A DNA stretch of 64,000 nt from Vicinamibacterales bacterium (GTDB lineage: Bacteria > Acidobacteriota > Vicinamibacteria > Vicinamibacterales > JAMQPK01), in the NCBI GenBank assembly GCA_963811435.1, contig CAWERD010000007.1, positions 1,079,096-1,143,095 on the forward strand, given 5' to 3'. Numbering within the stretch: the stretch's first letter is position 1; each line of letters starts with the position of its first letter. The notes beneath the pieces were generated by a model that worked only from the letters and a program-made list of their open reading frames with translations, had not been told where the DNA came from and ran no database searches. Made by a program: the position numbers and the translations under genes. This document shows, piece by piece, positions 1 through 9,952 of the stretch.

Positions 1-102
1 ACGATCGAGAACGGACGCGCCGCCGATGTGCAGAACGCCGGCCTTGTTCCGGCCCCCGAGGCGCCGCGACTGGCCGCCTGCGAGGATGGCTCCCGTCCAC
101 AT
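1..102 (-). CDS. MobA-like NTP transferase (molybdenum cofactor guanylyltransferase family), N-terminal 34 codons only; gene runs off the left edge
   Basis: Too short for the ORF track. Reverse-strand ATG at 102..100 reads MWTGAILAGGQSRRLGGRNKAGVLHIGGASVLDR. This fits the LAGGxxxRxGGxxKxxL N-terminal motif of MobA-type nucleotidyltransferases. Confidence 0.5.
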   Translation of the reverse strand, partial: MWTGAILAGGQSRRLGGRNKAGVLHIGGASVLDR

Positions 103-135
103 CGAAGTCGTCGCAGCCGGAAGGGTATCAGAAGA

Positions 136-721
136 ATGAATCGAGGGGGAGTCGGGCGGATGCTGATCGCGAGTCTCCATCAGGGGATTTCCGATCTCAT
201 CCCGACGCGGCTCGAGTTCTACGAAAACTGGTTGCACGCCATCGGGATGCGCGACGGCAAAATCGGTCTCGCGCCGCTTGCCGCCGTGCTGAGTTTTCTC
301 CGGCAGGAGGGGGAGTCGTACGACGCTCGTCACTGCGCGCGCCGGGCGAGTATGCAGCGCAGTGGACGTTTGATAATCTGTCGCCGATCGAACGATCGGT
401 GATTCGGTCGCTGCCGCGTGATGATTCGCGCGCGCATGGCCCTGCAGCTGACCAAGCGCGTCGTGCGCGAACAGCTATGACGGCAGCCGCGCGGCGTCGA
501 AGCTGCGGGCTGGACAGGGCACAATTACCCTGCGCAGCTCGATCTTCTGCGCGGTGCGCGAGCCGTTCGACTGGCCATTGTGCGTCTTTTATTCAGCGGC
601 CCTGTTCGACCGCTTTGCGCTCGTGGGCGTCGGTGGACGAGGTGCGCGTGCACAGTCTGCCGGGGCGTCGGGGATGCCGGCGTGCATCATCGCGCTGAGC
701 GTGCCTCCGGATCAAAAATAG
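136..721 (+). CDS. V4R-like (4-vinyl reductase type) small-molecule-binding domain protein, interrupted by several frameshifts
   Basis: Pieces lie in three frames (ORFs 28..402, 399..698, 580..). They read LEFYENWLHAIGMRDGKIGLAPLAAVLSFLRQEGESY, then SIFCAVREPFDWPLCVFYSAALFDRFALVGV, then CRG.GDAGCIIALSV before TAG at 719..721. The Cys-rich C-terminal pattern resembles V4R domains. Family assignment is tentative. Confidence 0.35.
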
Positions 722-726
722 AACCC

Positions 727-2369
727 ATGCAGCGGTTCCACATTCCGGGTTCCGGGTTCCCGATTCTGGTTCTGGGTTCTCGCGCCCCTGTTCCTCGTTG
801 CGACCGCAGGTGCCAGCGCAACCCGCACAGCAGCCTGATGCCCGGTTCCTCGTCATCCCCTTCGAAAATCCCGGCTCACGAAACGCGCGTGTACTGGCTG
901 GGCGAAGCATCGGCCATGTTGCTGGCCGACAACCTGAACGCGCAGGGCAGCCGCGCGTATACGCGCGACGAGCGGCTCGATGCATTCGAGCAGCTTCAGC
1001 TTCCGCCGGTGGCCTCGCTGAGCCACGCGACCGTCATTCGGCTCGGCCAGGTCGTCGGCGCCACTCACGTCGTCATCGGATCGTTCACGCTGAGCGGCGG
1101 ACGGATCTCGGTGCGGGCGCAGAACATCAGGCTCGACAGCGGCCGCATGGAGAAGCGAGAGTCGTCGAGTCGGGCGCGCTCGAAGATCTGTTCGCGATCT
1201 TCGAGCGCGTCAGCCGACGCCTCTCTGGTGCAAGCGGGCCGGGCGGGCCTGCCGGACGACCCGCGTTGCCGGTGTTCGAGAGCTACATCAAGGGGCTGCT
1301 GGCGACCGCCACGACCGCGAAGGTCGGCTATCTCGAAGCGGCGCTCAAGCTCGATCCCGGCTTCGATCGCGCGCGTCTGGCGTTGTGGGCGGTGAACCAG
1401 GACAAGGGCAACGGTCAGGCCGCGCTGCGTGGCGGCCGCCGCAGTGCCCGAGACATCGCCGCTCTACGCGCGCGCCCGATTCAACGTCGCGTTGTCGCTT
1501 GATCCAGCTGAAGCGGCTGGACGATGCGTTCGCGACACTGAGAACGATGGCGGATCGCACGCCGATCGGCGACGCTGATGAATAACCTCGGCGTCATCCA
1601 GATGCGGCGTCCCGTCACGCCGCAGACAGGGCAGCGCCACGTATTACTTCAATCAGGCGCTCAAGCTCGATCAGGACGATCCCGACTACTACTTCAATCT
1701 CGGATACGCGTACTGGGCCGAAAAGGATGCGCAGTGGGCGATTTTCTGGCTGCGCGAGACGGTGCGCCGGAAGCCCGCCGACGGCGAGGCGCACGCCGTG
1801 CTTGCGGCCGCGCTGCAGGCGACCGGTTCAATCGCTGAGGCCGCGCGCGAGCGCGAGCTCGCGACGCAACTGTCATCGACGTATGCGGAGTGGGCGAAGA
1901 AACCGACGGGGATCGAGCCCATCCCTCGTGGATTGGAACGGATCAAGCCGTCATTGGACATCTCCCCGATGCGCCGCGCCGATTACGCGATTGCCGCAAC
2001 CGGGCAGCGCGAGCAGAGGGAGCTGGCCGCGTTTCATCTGGATCGCGGACGGCGGTTCTTCGAGCAGGGGAACAATACGGAAGCGGTGACCGAGCTCGGG
2101 CCGCGCCATCTACCTCGCGCCGTACGAGGCGCAGGCGCACCTGTTGATCGGCCGAATCTATCTGCGCACCGGCCAGACGCCTGCGGCGATCGATGCGTTC
2201 AAGATTGCGCTCTGGAGCCAGGAATCGGCCGAGGGCCGAATCGCGCTCGCGCAGGCATACCTGCAGACCAAGGACGAAGCGGCCGCGCGACGAGGCTCTG
2301 GAACGCGCGCTCGTTCTCGACCCAGGTTCTACCGAAGCCAGGGAGCTCTTGACCAGGCTCAAGCCATGA
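727..2369 (+). CDS. TolB-N-like plus TPR repeat protein, reading frame broken at least 5 times
   Basis: A continuous protein can be tiled from ORFs 580..1395, 798..1502, 1385..1585, 1762..2352 and 2144..2503. Segments include FLVIPFENPG..VYWLGEASAMLLADNL, KGLLATATTAKVGYLEAALKLDPGFDRARLALW, YYFNLGYAYWAEKDAQWAIFWLRETVRRKPADGEAHAVLAAAL and AQAHLLIGRIYLRTGQTPAAIDAFKIAL. It ends LTRLKP then TGA at 2367..2369. These are typical TPR helices. Confidence 0.6.
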
Positions 2370-3674
2370 CGACATACAAAAAAAGGGGTCAGACCCCGTT
2401 TTTGGTGCTCACGTTGATGATCGCGTGCCTCCCGGCGGTCGCGCATGCGCAGGTCGATCTACTCCGCCGAGGTCGACAGCATCATCCATCCGGTGTCGGC
2501 TGAGTTCATGATCGAGACGATCGCGCGGGCGGACGCCGAAAACGCCGCGCTCGTCATCTTCACGCTCCGCACGCCCGGCGGTCTCGTCGATTCGACTCGC
2601 GACATCGTCACGAAGATGATCGCCGCCAGGACGCCGATTGTGGTCTGCATCGGCCCATCGGGCAGCCGCGCGGCGTCGGCCGGCTTCATCATCACGATTG
2701 CGGCCGATGTGGCGGCGATGGCGCCGGGAACGCACATTGGCGCGGCGCACCCGGTCTCGGGTGGCGGTGCCGCGATGGACGAGACGAGCTCGAAGAAGGC
2801 GGCCGAAGATATCGCCGCTTACGTGCGCACGATTGCGGGCAAGCGTGGCCGGAACGTGCAGCTGGCTGAACAGGCGGTACTGCAGAGCAAGGCCTTTACC
2901 GAAGAGGAGGCGGCCAACGCCAAGCCGCCGCTCGTCGATCTCGTTGCAACCAGCCGCGACGATCTCATCAAGAAGCTGGATGGCCGGGCGGTGACCCGTT
3001 TCGACGGAGGAACCGCGACGTTGCGCACGGCCTCGGCAAAGGTCGTTTCGGTCGAGATGACCCTGCGGCAGCGCATCCTCAGCTCGATCGCGCATCCGAA
3101 CATCGCATACATCCTCTTGAGTCTTGGGACGCTCGGGCTCACGATCGAACTATGGAGCCCGGGTGCGGTCCTTCCTGGCGTGGTTGGCGGCCTGTCACTG
3201 CTGCTCGCGTTCTTCGCCTTGCAGGTACTGCCCATCAATTACGCCGGCCTGCTGCTCATGCTGTTCGGCCTGCTGCTGTTCGTGCTCGAGCTGAAGGTGA
3301 CGAGCTACGGCCTCCTCACCGTCGGCGGCATCATCAGCCTCATCTTCGGGTCGCTGATGCTCATCGATTCGCCCGCGCCGGAATTGCAATTGAGTGTTGG
3401 ACTCGTCGTGTCAGTCGTACTAGGCTTTACAGCGATCAGCGCGTTTCTCGTGCGCCTGGCACTGGCGGCGCGGGCGACCGCACCTGTGACGGGCGTCGAA
3501 GGGATGGTCGGGGAGATCGGCGAAGCGTTGACGCTGATTGCGCCTGGCGCGGCGGGCCGCACACGCGTCCACGGTGAGATCTGGAACGCGACAGCGAACG
3601 AGCCTATCGCGGGCGGCGCACGGGTGGTTGTGACAAATGTGAACGGCCTGACGTTGACCGTGCGGAAGGAGTGA
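2366..3674 (+). CDS. NfeD-family membrane-bound ClpP-class serine protease (frameshift near 2450 between signal peptide and mature part)
   Basis: ORF 2445..3674 has a ClpP-like domain ([52 protein letters not shown]), four or more TM helices and a C-terminal NfeD OB-fold. The signal peptide [29 protein letters not shown] lies in another frame from ATG 2366. It sits directly upstream of an SPFH gene, the classic NfeD-stomatin pair. Confidence 0.8.
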
Positions 3675-4453
3675 GGCGCATCATGTTCGACCTTTCACCG
3701 GTGCTCATTCTCATCGTGATCTTCGTCGCGTATCTGCTGATGTCGATCAAGATCCTCGCTGAGTACGAGCGAGGCGTCATCTTCAGGCTCGGCAAGCTGC
3801 TGCCGCAGCCGAAGGGCCCGGGCCTCATTCTGGTGTTCGCGCCCATCGACCGCCTGGTCCGCGTGAGCCTGCGCACGATTGTCATGGATGTTCCGCCGCA
3901 GGACGTCATCACCCGCGATAACGTTTCTGTAAAGGTGAGTGCGGTTGTCTATTTTCGCGTCATCGATCCACGGAGAGCCATCGTGGAGGTCGAGAGCTAC
4001 CACTATGCGACGTCACAATTGGCGCAGACGACGCTCAGAAGCGTGCTCGGTCAGGTGGAGATGGACAGCCTGCTCTCGGAACGCGACCGGTTGAATCAGC
4101 AGCTGCAACAGATCTTGGATCAGCATACAGATCCGTGGGGCGTCAAGGTGGCCTCGGTCGAGGTGAAACACGTGGATTTGCCGCCTGATATGCAGCGCGC
4201 GATGGCCCGGCAGGCGGAAGCGGAGCGCGAGAAGCGTGCTAAGATCATCCATGCAGCGGGCGAACTGGAAGCCTCGGAAAAGCTGTCCCAGGCCGCTGTG
4301 ATAATCGCTGCCGAGCCTGTCGCGATTACATTACGCTATCTTCAGACGCTGACGGAAATCGCTGCCGAAAAGAACTCAACGATCGTCTTCCCCCTGCCGA
4401 TCGAGATGATGCACTTGCTGCGTCAAATCACCGGAGTTGAAAAAAGACCGTGA
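3671..4453 (+). CDS. SPFH/Band 7 (stomatin-like) protein
   Basis: 260 aa with an N-terminal TM helix, then [51 protein letters not shown] and an [12 protein letters not shown] coiled coil. The start overlaps the NfeD stop. Confidence 0.9.
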   Translation: MRRIMFDLSPVLILIVIFVAYLLMSIKILAEYERGVIFRLGKLLPQPKGPGLILVFAPIDRLVRVSLRTIVMDVPPQDVITRDNVSVKVSAVVYFRVIDPRRAIVEVESYHYATSQLAQTTLRSVLGQVEMDSLLSERDRLNQQLQQILDQHTDPWGVKVASVEVKHVDLPPDMQRAMARQAEAEREKRAKIIHAAGELEASEKLSQAAVIIAAEPVAITLRYLQTLTEIAAEKNSTIVFPLPIEMMHLLRQITGVEKRP

Positions 4454-5208
4454 ACGACGAAGGCTTTCGCGAAATACAACTGAACGGCAAGCAGCTCGTC
4501 TTTCTGGTGATGGCCGCGACGGTCGTCTCGGTCGTGATCTTCCTGACCGGTGTGTTAGTGGGCCGGAATTCGCAACATGGGAGCGAGACGGTGGACGTGG
4601 CCGCGACCGACATCGCCCCCGATCCGGGGGTGCCCCCGGTCGCCGAAAATATCGCGCCGGCGCCGTCAGGGGGCTCGCCGTCACCCGACACTCCCGCTGC
4701 CAAGCCCGAACAGCTGAGCTACGCCGATCGATTGTTGCGCGAAGGCACGCCAGAGGAGAATCTCAAGCCCGCAGCGACCAAGCCTGCGGCGAGCAAGCCG
4801 ACACCGGCACAGGCCGTGCCGCCCCACGAACCGCCTCCATCGCCGGCACCAACGGTGAAGGAACCCGTTGCGGCCACGCCTCCGCCTCCGCGTCCCGCTC
4901 CGGCAACACCACCCCCGGCCCCTGCCGAAGCGGCCGCGCCCGTCGCAACGGCGCAGTCGTCCGACACGTCCGGTCCGGGCTTTGCCGTTCAGGTCTCGGC
5001 TGTTAAGGATCGGCAAGAAGCCGATACTCTGGTAAAGCAGTTGATTGCCAAAGGATACCCGGCGTTCGTGCTGGATCCGGTCAAAGGGGCGCCGACTGCG
5101 TTCTTCCGGGTGCGGGTGGGTAAATACAAAACGCGGCAGGAGGCGCAAGCGATCATGGTAAAGCTGCAAAGCGTGGAGCAGTTCAGCACGGCCTGGATCG
5201 CCCGGTAG
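4450..5208 (+). CDS. SPOR domain-containing membrane protein (peptidoglycan binding)
   Basis: 252 aa with an N-terminal TM helix and a Pro/Ala-rich linker. The C-terminal SPOR-like fold reads [53 protein letters not shown]. Confidence 0.8.
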   Translation: MNDEGFREIQLNGKQLVFLVMAATVVSVVIFLTGVLVGRNSQHGSETVDVAATDIAPDPGVPPVAENIAPAPSGGSPSPDTPAAKPEQLSYADRLLREGTPEENLKPAATKPAASKPTPAQAVPPHEPPPSPAPTVKEPVAATPPPPRPAPATPPPAPAEAAAPVATAQSSDTSGPGFAVQVSAVKDRQEADTLVKQLIAKGYPAFVLDPVKGAPTAFFRVRVGKYKTRQEAQAIMVKLQSVEQFSTAWIAR

Positions 5209-5217
5209 CCCTACTGC

Positions 5218-6927
5218 ATGAAACCTCTGCGACTCCTGCTGGTTGAGGATTCCGAGAACGACGCGCTGCTCCTTCTGGAGCATCTGCGTCAGGGTGGCTA
5301 CGAGCCCGACTACACGCGTGTCGACAACGCCAAAGGGCTGAGCGAGGCGCTCGATCGGCAGGACTGGGACCTCGTCATCGCCGACTACACGATGCCCGGG
5401 TTCAGCGGCACCGCCGCGCTCACGATGGTGCGCGACCGCGGCTTCGAGATGCCGTTTATCTTCGTGTCGGGCACGATCGGCGAAGAGATCGCGGTCGACG
5501 CGATGAAGAACGGCGCCGACGACTACATCATCAAGAACAACCTGAGCCGGTTGATTCCGGCGATCAACCGGGAACTGCGCGACGCCGACGTGCGCCGCGA
5601 GCGGGCGAGGGCCGAAGAGCGCATCCGCCACCTCGCGTATTACGACAGCCTGACCGACCTCCCGAACCGGACACTCTTTCAGAACCGGCTCGAGATGGCC
5701 GTCGCCAACGCGCTTCGCACGCGCAATCCGTTGTCGGTGCTCATCATGGATCTCGACGGCTTCAAAGAGATCAACGACACGATGGGGCACCTGATGGGCG
5801 ATGCGGTGCTGCGCGAGATTGGCCATCGACTGCAGATGGAGCTGCGCGAGTCCGACACGGTTGCCCGGCTTGGCGGCGACGAGTTCGCTGTCATGCTGCC
5901 TGGTGTGGGACAGACTGGCGCCGAGCTGGCGGCGCGCAAGCTGATTGCGGCTGTGCAGGAGCCGCTCAGCATCGAAGGCCTGAACCTCGACGTGCACGGC
6001 AGCGTGGGCATTGCCATTGCGCCCGAGCATGGCACCGAGGCCGAGGTGCTCGTGCAGCGCGCCGACGTCGCGATGTACGTGGCAAAGGAAGATCGCTCGG
6101 GTTGCGTCGTGTATGCGCCCGAGCTCGACCGGCACAGTCCCGAGCGCCTCGCGCTGATGGGCGATTTCCGTCACGCCATTTCGCGCGACGAGCTGCGCGT
6201 CGTTTACCAGCCGAAGATCAACCTGAAGACCCGTGACATCTTCGGCGTGGAAGCGCTGGTGCGGTGGCAGCATCCGCAGCTCGGGTTCATCACGCCCGAT
6301 CGCTTCATTCCGATGGCCGAGCAGACCGGTGCGGTCCGGCCGCTCACCTTATGGATGCTCGAGCGCGCCGTGCAGCAGTGCCTCGAGTGGAAGCGGCTTG
6401 GGTACGACTTGATCGCCGCGGTGAATCTCTCGCCTCGCAATCTGCACGACCCCGAGCTGCCCGAGCGCGTGCGCGCGCTGCTCGAGCTGCTTGGCGCGCC
6501 GGCGTCGATGCTCGAGCTGGAGATCACCGAGAGCGTGATCATGTCCGACCCGCTGCGCTCCCTGCAGGTCCTCACGAGACTGAGCAAGATGGGGCTGCGT
6601 CTGGCGGTCGACGACTTCGGCACGGGTTATTCGTCGTTCAGCTACCTCCGTAAACTCCCGGTGCACGAGATCAAAATCGACAAGTCGTTCATCGATGACA
6701 TGGTCGAAGACGGTGACGAAGTCATCGTGCAGTCGACGATCGAGCTCGCCCACAATCTCGGGCTTACCTGTGTTGCCGAAGGGGTGCAGGACGAGATGAC
6801 GCTCGAGCGGCTGGCGAAGCTCGGCTGCGACACTGCGCAGGGCGATTTCATCTCTCCACCGCTTGACGGTGCCGGCGTCGCGAAGTGGCTTCAGCAGCGC
6901 GGCCCCGGCCAGGTGACCAAGCCCTGA
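5218..6927 (+). CDS. Response regulator receiver - GGDEF - EAL protein (c-di-GMP turnover)
   Basis: 569 aa. REC domain: LLVEDSENDA, DLVIADYTMPG. GGDEF domain: RLGGDEFAV. EAL domain: EALVRW, and DDFGTGYSSFSYLRKLPVHEIKIDKSF. Confidence 0.9.
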   Translation: MKPLRLLLVEDSENDALLLLEHLRQGGYEPDYTRVDNAKGLSEALDRQDWDLVIADYTMPGFSGTAALTMVRDRGFEMPFIFVSGTIGEEIAVDAMKNGADDYIIKNNLSRLIPAINRELRDADVRRERARAEERIRHLAYYDSLTDLPNRTLFQNRLEMAVANALRTRNPLSVLIMDLDGFKEINDTMGHLMGDAVLREIGHRLQMELRESDTVARLGGDEFAVMLPGVGQTGAELAARKLIAAVQEPLSIEGLNLDVHGSVGIAIAPEHGTEAEVLVQRADVAMYVAKEDRSGCVVYAPELDRHSPERLALMGDFRHAISRDELRVVYQPKINLKTRDIFGVEALVRWQHPQLGFITPDRFIPMAEQTGAVRPLTLWMLERAVQQCLEWKRLGYDLIAAVNLSPRNLHDPELPERVRALLELLGAPASMLELEITESVIMSDPLRSLQVLTRLSKMGLRLAVDDFGTGYSSFSYLRKLPVHEIKIDKSFIDDMVEDGDEVIVQSTIELAHNLGLTCVAEGVQDEMTLERLAKLGCDTAQGDFISPPLDGAGVAKWLQQRGPGQVTKP

Positions 6928-8441
6928 TTCTCGCGATCGTCTCCGGCATCCTCCTCGCCCTGAGCTTTCCGCGTTACGGCCATCCGATGTTTGCCTGGAT
7001 TGCCCTGACGCCGGTCATCGTTCCTCTCTTCGAAATCCATGGCAGCTGGCCGGCGTTTCGACGGGGCCGATCGTTCTTGCTGGGATTGGTTGCCGGCATT
7101 GTCTACTTCAGCGGAACGGTCTACTGGACCGGGACGGTGGTCTCGCAATTTGGCGGGTTGAGCTGGCCGGTGGGCATCGTCGTCGCGGCGTTCCTCGTCA
7201 CGTACCTCGCGCTCTTTCCCGCGTTGTTCACGTTGTGTCTGGGATGGCTGGGCGCCAAGTTCGGCAGCCGCGCGATTCTGCTCGCACCCGCAATCTGGGT
7301 GACGACCGAGCTCGGGCGCACCTATTTCTGGAGCGGCTTCCCGTGGCTCCTCCTGGGTTACAGCCAGACGACCGTGCTGCCGGTTGTGCAGTTTGCAAGC
7401 GTCGTCGGGGTCTTTGGCATGTCCGCGCTCGTTGCCATGGTCAGCGCGGCGCTCGCGTACTTCGCCATTTCCCGCTCGGGCGATTCCATCATCACCCTCG
7501 GCGTCGTTGCGGCGTTGTTGGTGGGAATCGTCGTCTGGGGCAATCGGCGTCTCGAGAACGACGTGCTGGTCGAGCAGGGGAGGCCGGTGCGCGTCGCGCT
7601 TGTCCAGGGAAATATCCCGCAGGATGAGAAGTGGGATGCGGCTCATGCCGAACGCATCCTGAACACGTACCTGACGATGACGCGGGAGGCGGCGGGCGAG
7701 GGGGCGCAGCTCGTCATCTGGCCGGAGTCGTCCACGCCGTTTCCGTTCATGGACGATCGCGTTGGCGGTGAAAAAATCCGCGCGCTCGTCCGTGAGACGG
7801 GCATCGAGCTGCTGCTGGGCAGCGATCAGCTCGACGCGAAGAAGGCGTACTACAACGCGGCGTTCCTGGTACGCAAAGACGGCTCAGTGGGCGGCGTGTA
7901 TCAGAAGATGCATCTGGTCCCGTTCGGCGAGTTCGTGCCCCTGAAGCAGCTCCTGTTCTTTGTGGGCCCGCTTGTCGAGCAAGTGGGAGGGTTTACGCCC
8001 GGGCGCGACATGGTGATGTTGCCGACCGCGCACGGACCGATCAGCACGGCCATCTGCTACGAGATTGTGTTCCCTCGTCTGGTGCGTCAATCGGTGCTGC
8101 GGGGAAGCCAGCTGCTGACCACGATTACCAACGATGCGTGGTACGGCCACTCGTCTGCGCCGTTTCAACATTTCCTGCAGGCGCAGATGCGGGCCATCGA
8201 ACAGGGCCGTTATCTGGCGCGGGCCGCGAATACGGGTATCAGCGGCTTCGTCGATCCGTATGGACGCGTGATTCAACGGTCGGAGATTTTCGAGCGCGAG
8301 ATTCTCGTTGGCGATGTGCGGATGCTCGAGTCGCGCACGATCTATGGCACAATCGGGGATCTGTTCGCGTATATCTGCGCGGGGTTGACGCTGACCGCGC
8401 TGATCTTCTCTGGAGGCATTCGTGGCTATCGCTCTCGATGA
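6885..8441 (+). CDS. lnt: Apolipoprotein N-acyltransferase
   Basis: 518 aa with multiple N-terminal TM helices. The C-terminal CN-hydrolase domain reads VALVQGNIPQDEKW, VIWPESS and ICYEIVFP. The exact start is uncertain because the ORF overlaps the previous gene by 43 nt. Confidence 0.85.
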   Translation: MASAARPRPGDQALILAIVSGILLALSFPRYGHPMFAWIALTPVIVPLFEIHGSWPAFRRGRSFLLGLVAGIVYFSGTVYWTGTVVSQFGGLSWPVGIVVAAFLVTYLALFPALFTLCLGWLGAKFGSRAILLAPAIWVTTELGRTYFWSGFPWLLLGYSQTTVLPVVQFASVVGVFGMSALVAMVSAALAYFAISRSGDSIITLGVVAALLVGIVVWGNRRLENDVLVEQGRPVRVALVQGNIPQDEKWDAAHAERILNTYLTMTREAAGEGAQLVIWPESSTPFPFMDDRVGGEKIRALVRETGIELLLGSDQLDAKKAYYNAAFLVRKDGSVGGVYQKMHLVPFGEFVPLKQLLFFVGPLVEQVGGFTPGRDMVMLPTAHGPISTAICYEIVFPRLVRQSVLRGSQLLTTITNDAWYGHSSAPFQHFLQAQMRAIEQGRYLARAANTGISGFVDPYGRVIQRSEIFEREILVGDVRMLESRTIYGTIGDLFAYICAGLTLTALIFSGGIRGYRSR

Positions 8442-9559
8442 TTTGACCCGCCGGTATGAGGACCTCGTGAAACGCGCCGCCGACCTCCGGAGTTATCTTT
8501 GAGGCCGCTCGCCCGCGTGACGAGCTCGCACAGATAGAAGCCCGCGCCTCTGCGTCCGATTTCTGGAACAACCAGATCGAAGCGCAAAAAATCCTTCAGC
8601 GCCGCCGCCGGGTCGAAGAGGAAGTCGAGCTGATTTCCGCCCTCAAAACGAAAACGGACGACCTGGGTGTGCTCATCGACTGGGCCGGCCAGGGAGAGGA
8701 CGTCACCGGCGAGCTGTCGTCGGGCATCGAGGAATTCACCGGCCTCGTCGAAGGCGGTGAAATAAAGAAAATGCTTGGCGGCGAGCACGATCGCAAGAAC
8801 GCCATCATCACCATCCATCCAGGCGCGGGCGGAACCGAGTCGCAGGACTGGGCCGAGATGCTGCTGCGGATGTACTTGCGGTGGATCGAGCGAAGGGGGT
8901 TCAAGCGCGAGGTAATCGACTATCAGCCCGGCGACGAAGCCGGACTCAAGAGCGCGACCCTGACGGTGGCGGGCGAGTTCGCGTTCGGGCTGTTGTCGGC
9001 TGAAGCCGGCGTGCATCGGCTCGTGCGCATTTCGCCGTTCGACTCGGCGGCGCGCCGGCATACGTCGTTCGCGTCGGTGTATGTGTGGCCTGAGCTGCCG
9101 GAGGATGTCGACGTCGTCATCGACGAGAAGGACATTCGCATCGACACGTTCAGGTCGAGCGGCGCAGGCGGCCAGCACGTCAACGTCACCGATTCGGCGA
9201 TTCGCATCACCCATCTCCCGACGGGCATCGTCGTGTCGTGCCAGAACGAGCGATCGCAGCACCGCAACAAGGACTCCGCCATGCGCGTGCTCAAGGCGCG
9301 GCTGTTCGACATCAAGATGAAAGAGCAGCAATCGAAGCTCAATCAGATTGGCGGGGCGAAGAAGGAGATTGGCTTCGGGAGCCAGATTCGCAGCTACGTG
9401 CTGCATCCGTATCAGATGGTCAAGGACCACCGGACGAAATTCGAGGTCGGCGACCCGTCGCGCGTGCTCGACGGCGATCTCGATCCGTTCATCAAGGCGT
9501 ATCTGATGCAGAAGGCAACAGGAACCCTCGGCCAGCCGAGTGACGTCGACGACGAGTAG
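8422..9559 (+). CDS. prfB: Peptide chain release factor 2, with programmed +1 frameshift at 8497..8502
   Basis: Frame 0 from GTG 8422 reads MAIALDDLTRRYEDLVKRAADLRSYL, then in-frame TGA at 8500. The +1 frame continues EAARPRDELAQIEARASASDFWNN into ORF 8669..9559. That ORF carries SPF and GGQHVN motifs. Confidence 0.9.
8488..8503 (+). promoter_or_regulatory. RF2 autoregulatory +1 frameshift site (SD-like GGAG, then UAU CUU UGA G)
   Basis: The sequence is cgg agt tat ctt tga g. The E. coli prfB site is AGG GGG UAU CUU UGA C, so the UAU CUU UGA core is identical and is preceded by a purine-rich GGAG. Confidence 0.85.
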
Positions 9560-9685
9560 CTTTTGTTTCGACGCAGAGGCGCGGAGACCCAGAGAAACCA
9601 CGAAGGCACGAAGGCACGAAGAAAAACGGATAGCACGACGGCGCGACGAGCACGACGTTTGACTGCAGCGTGAGTGGCTCTGTGC

Positions 9686-9822
9686 GGCCCGTAAGTCGGC
9701 TCTGTTGCAGATATCGACTTCGTGGGCCGCGTACGCGGCCCACACAGGAACAAGAAGAGGCCCGCATATCAAGAGCCAGTAAACGAGCAGCTCTTGTATT
9801 CGGGCCTCTTCTTGTTCCTGTG
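9686..9822. terminator. Three consecutive strong hairpins between convergent prfB and PBP1A
   Basis: An imperfect hairpin gcggcccgtaagtcg..cgacttcgtgggccgc lies at about 9686-9730. A perfect 22-nt palindrome gtgggccgcgtacgcggcccac spans 9722..9743. A perfect 22-bp inverted repeat has arms cacaggaacaagaagaggcccg (9743..9764) and cgggcctcttcttgttcctgtg (9801..9822), with an inner caagagc..gctcttg stem. Confidence 0.5.
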
Positions 9823-9952
9823 CGCCGGAGGCGCGAAGTCGATGCGAACGCTCTTTGCGTCCCTGCGTCCCGGCGTTGAGACGACACGTCAGCGCAGACG
9901 ATAAGAAGAAATGTGTTTTGAGCCCGGCGTCCCGGCGGCCCGGCGTTGAAGA

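Noticed and set aside
2366-5208. NfeD-SPFH(-SPOR) as a novel membrane defence or stress module.
   Set aside because: The NfeD-stomatin pair is a widespread, well-known operon. Nothing in the sequence (extra domains, nucleases, neighbouring accessory genes) suggests a new system.
9722-9904. 60-69 aa ORFs in the prfB/PBP1A spacer (9670..9879, 9722..9904).
   Set aside because: They run through perfect palindromes and tandem words. Their sequence is dictated by the hairpins, and they have no start context.
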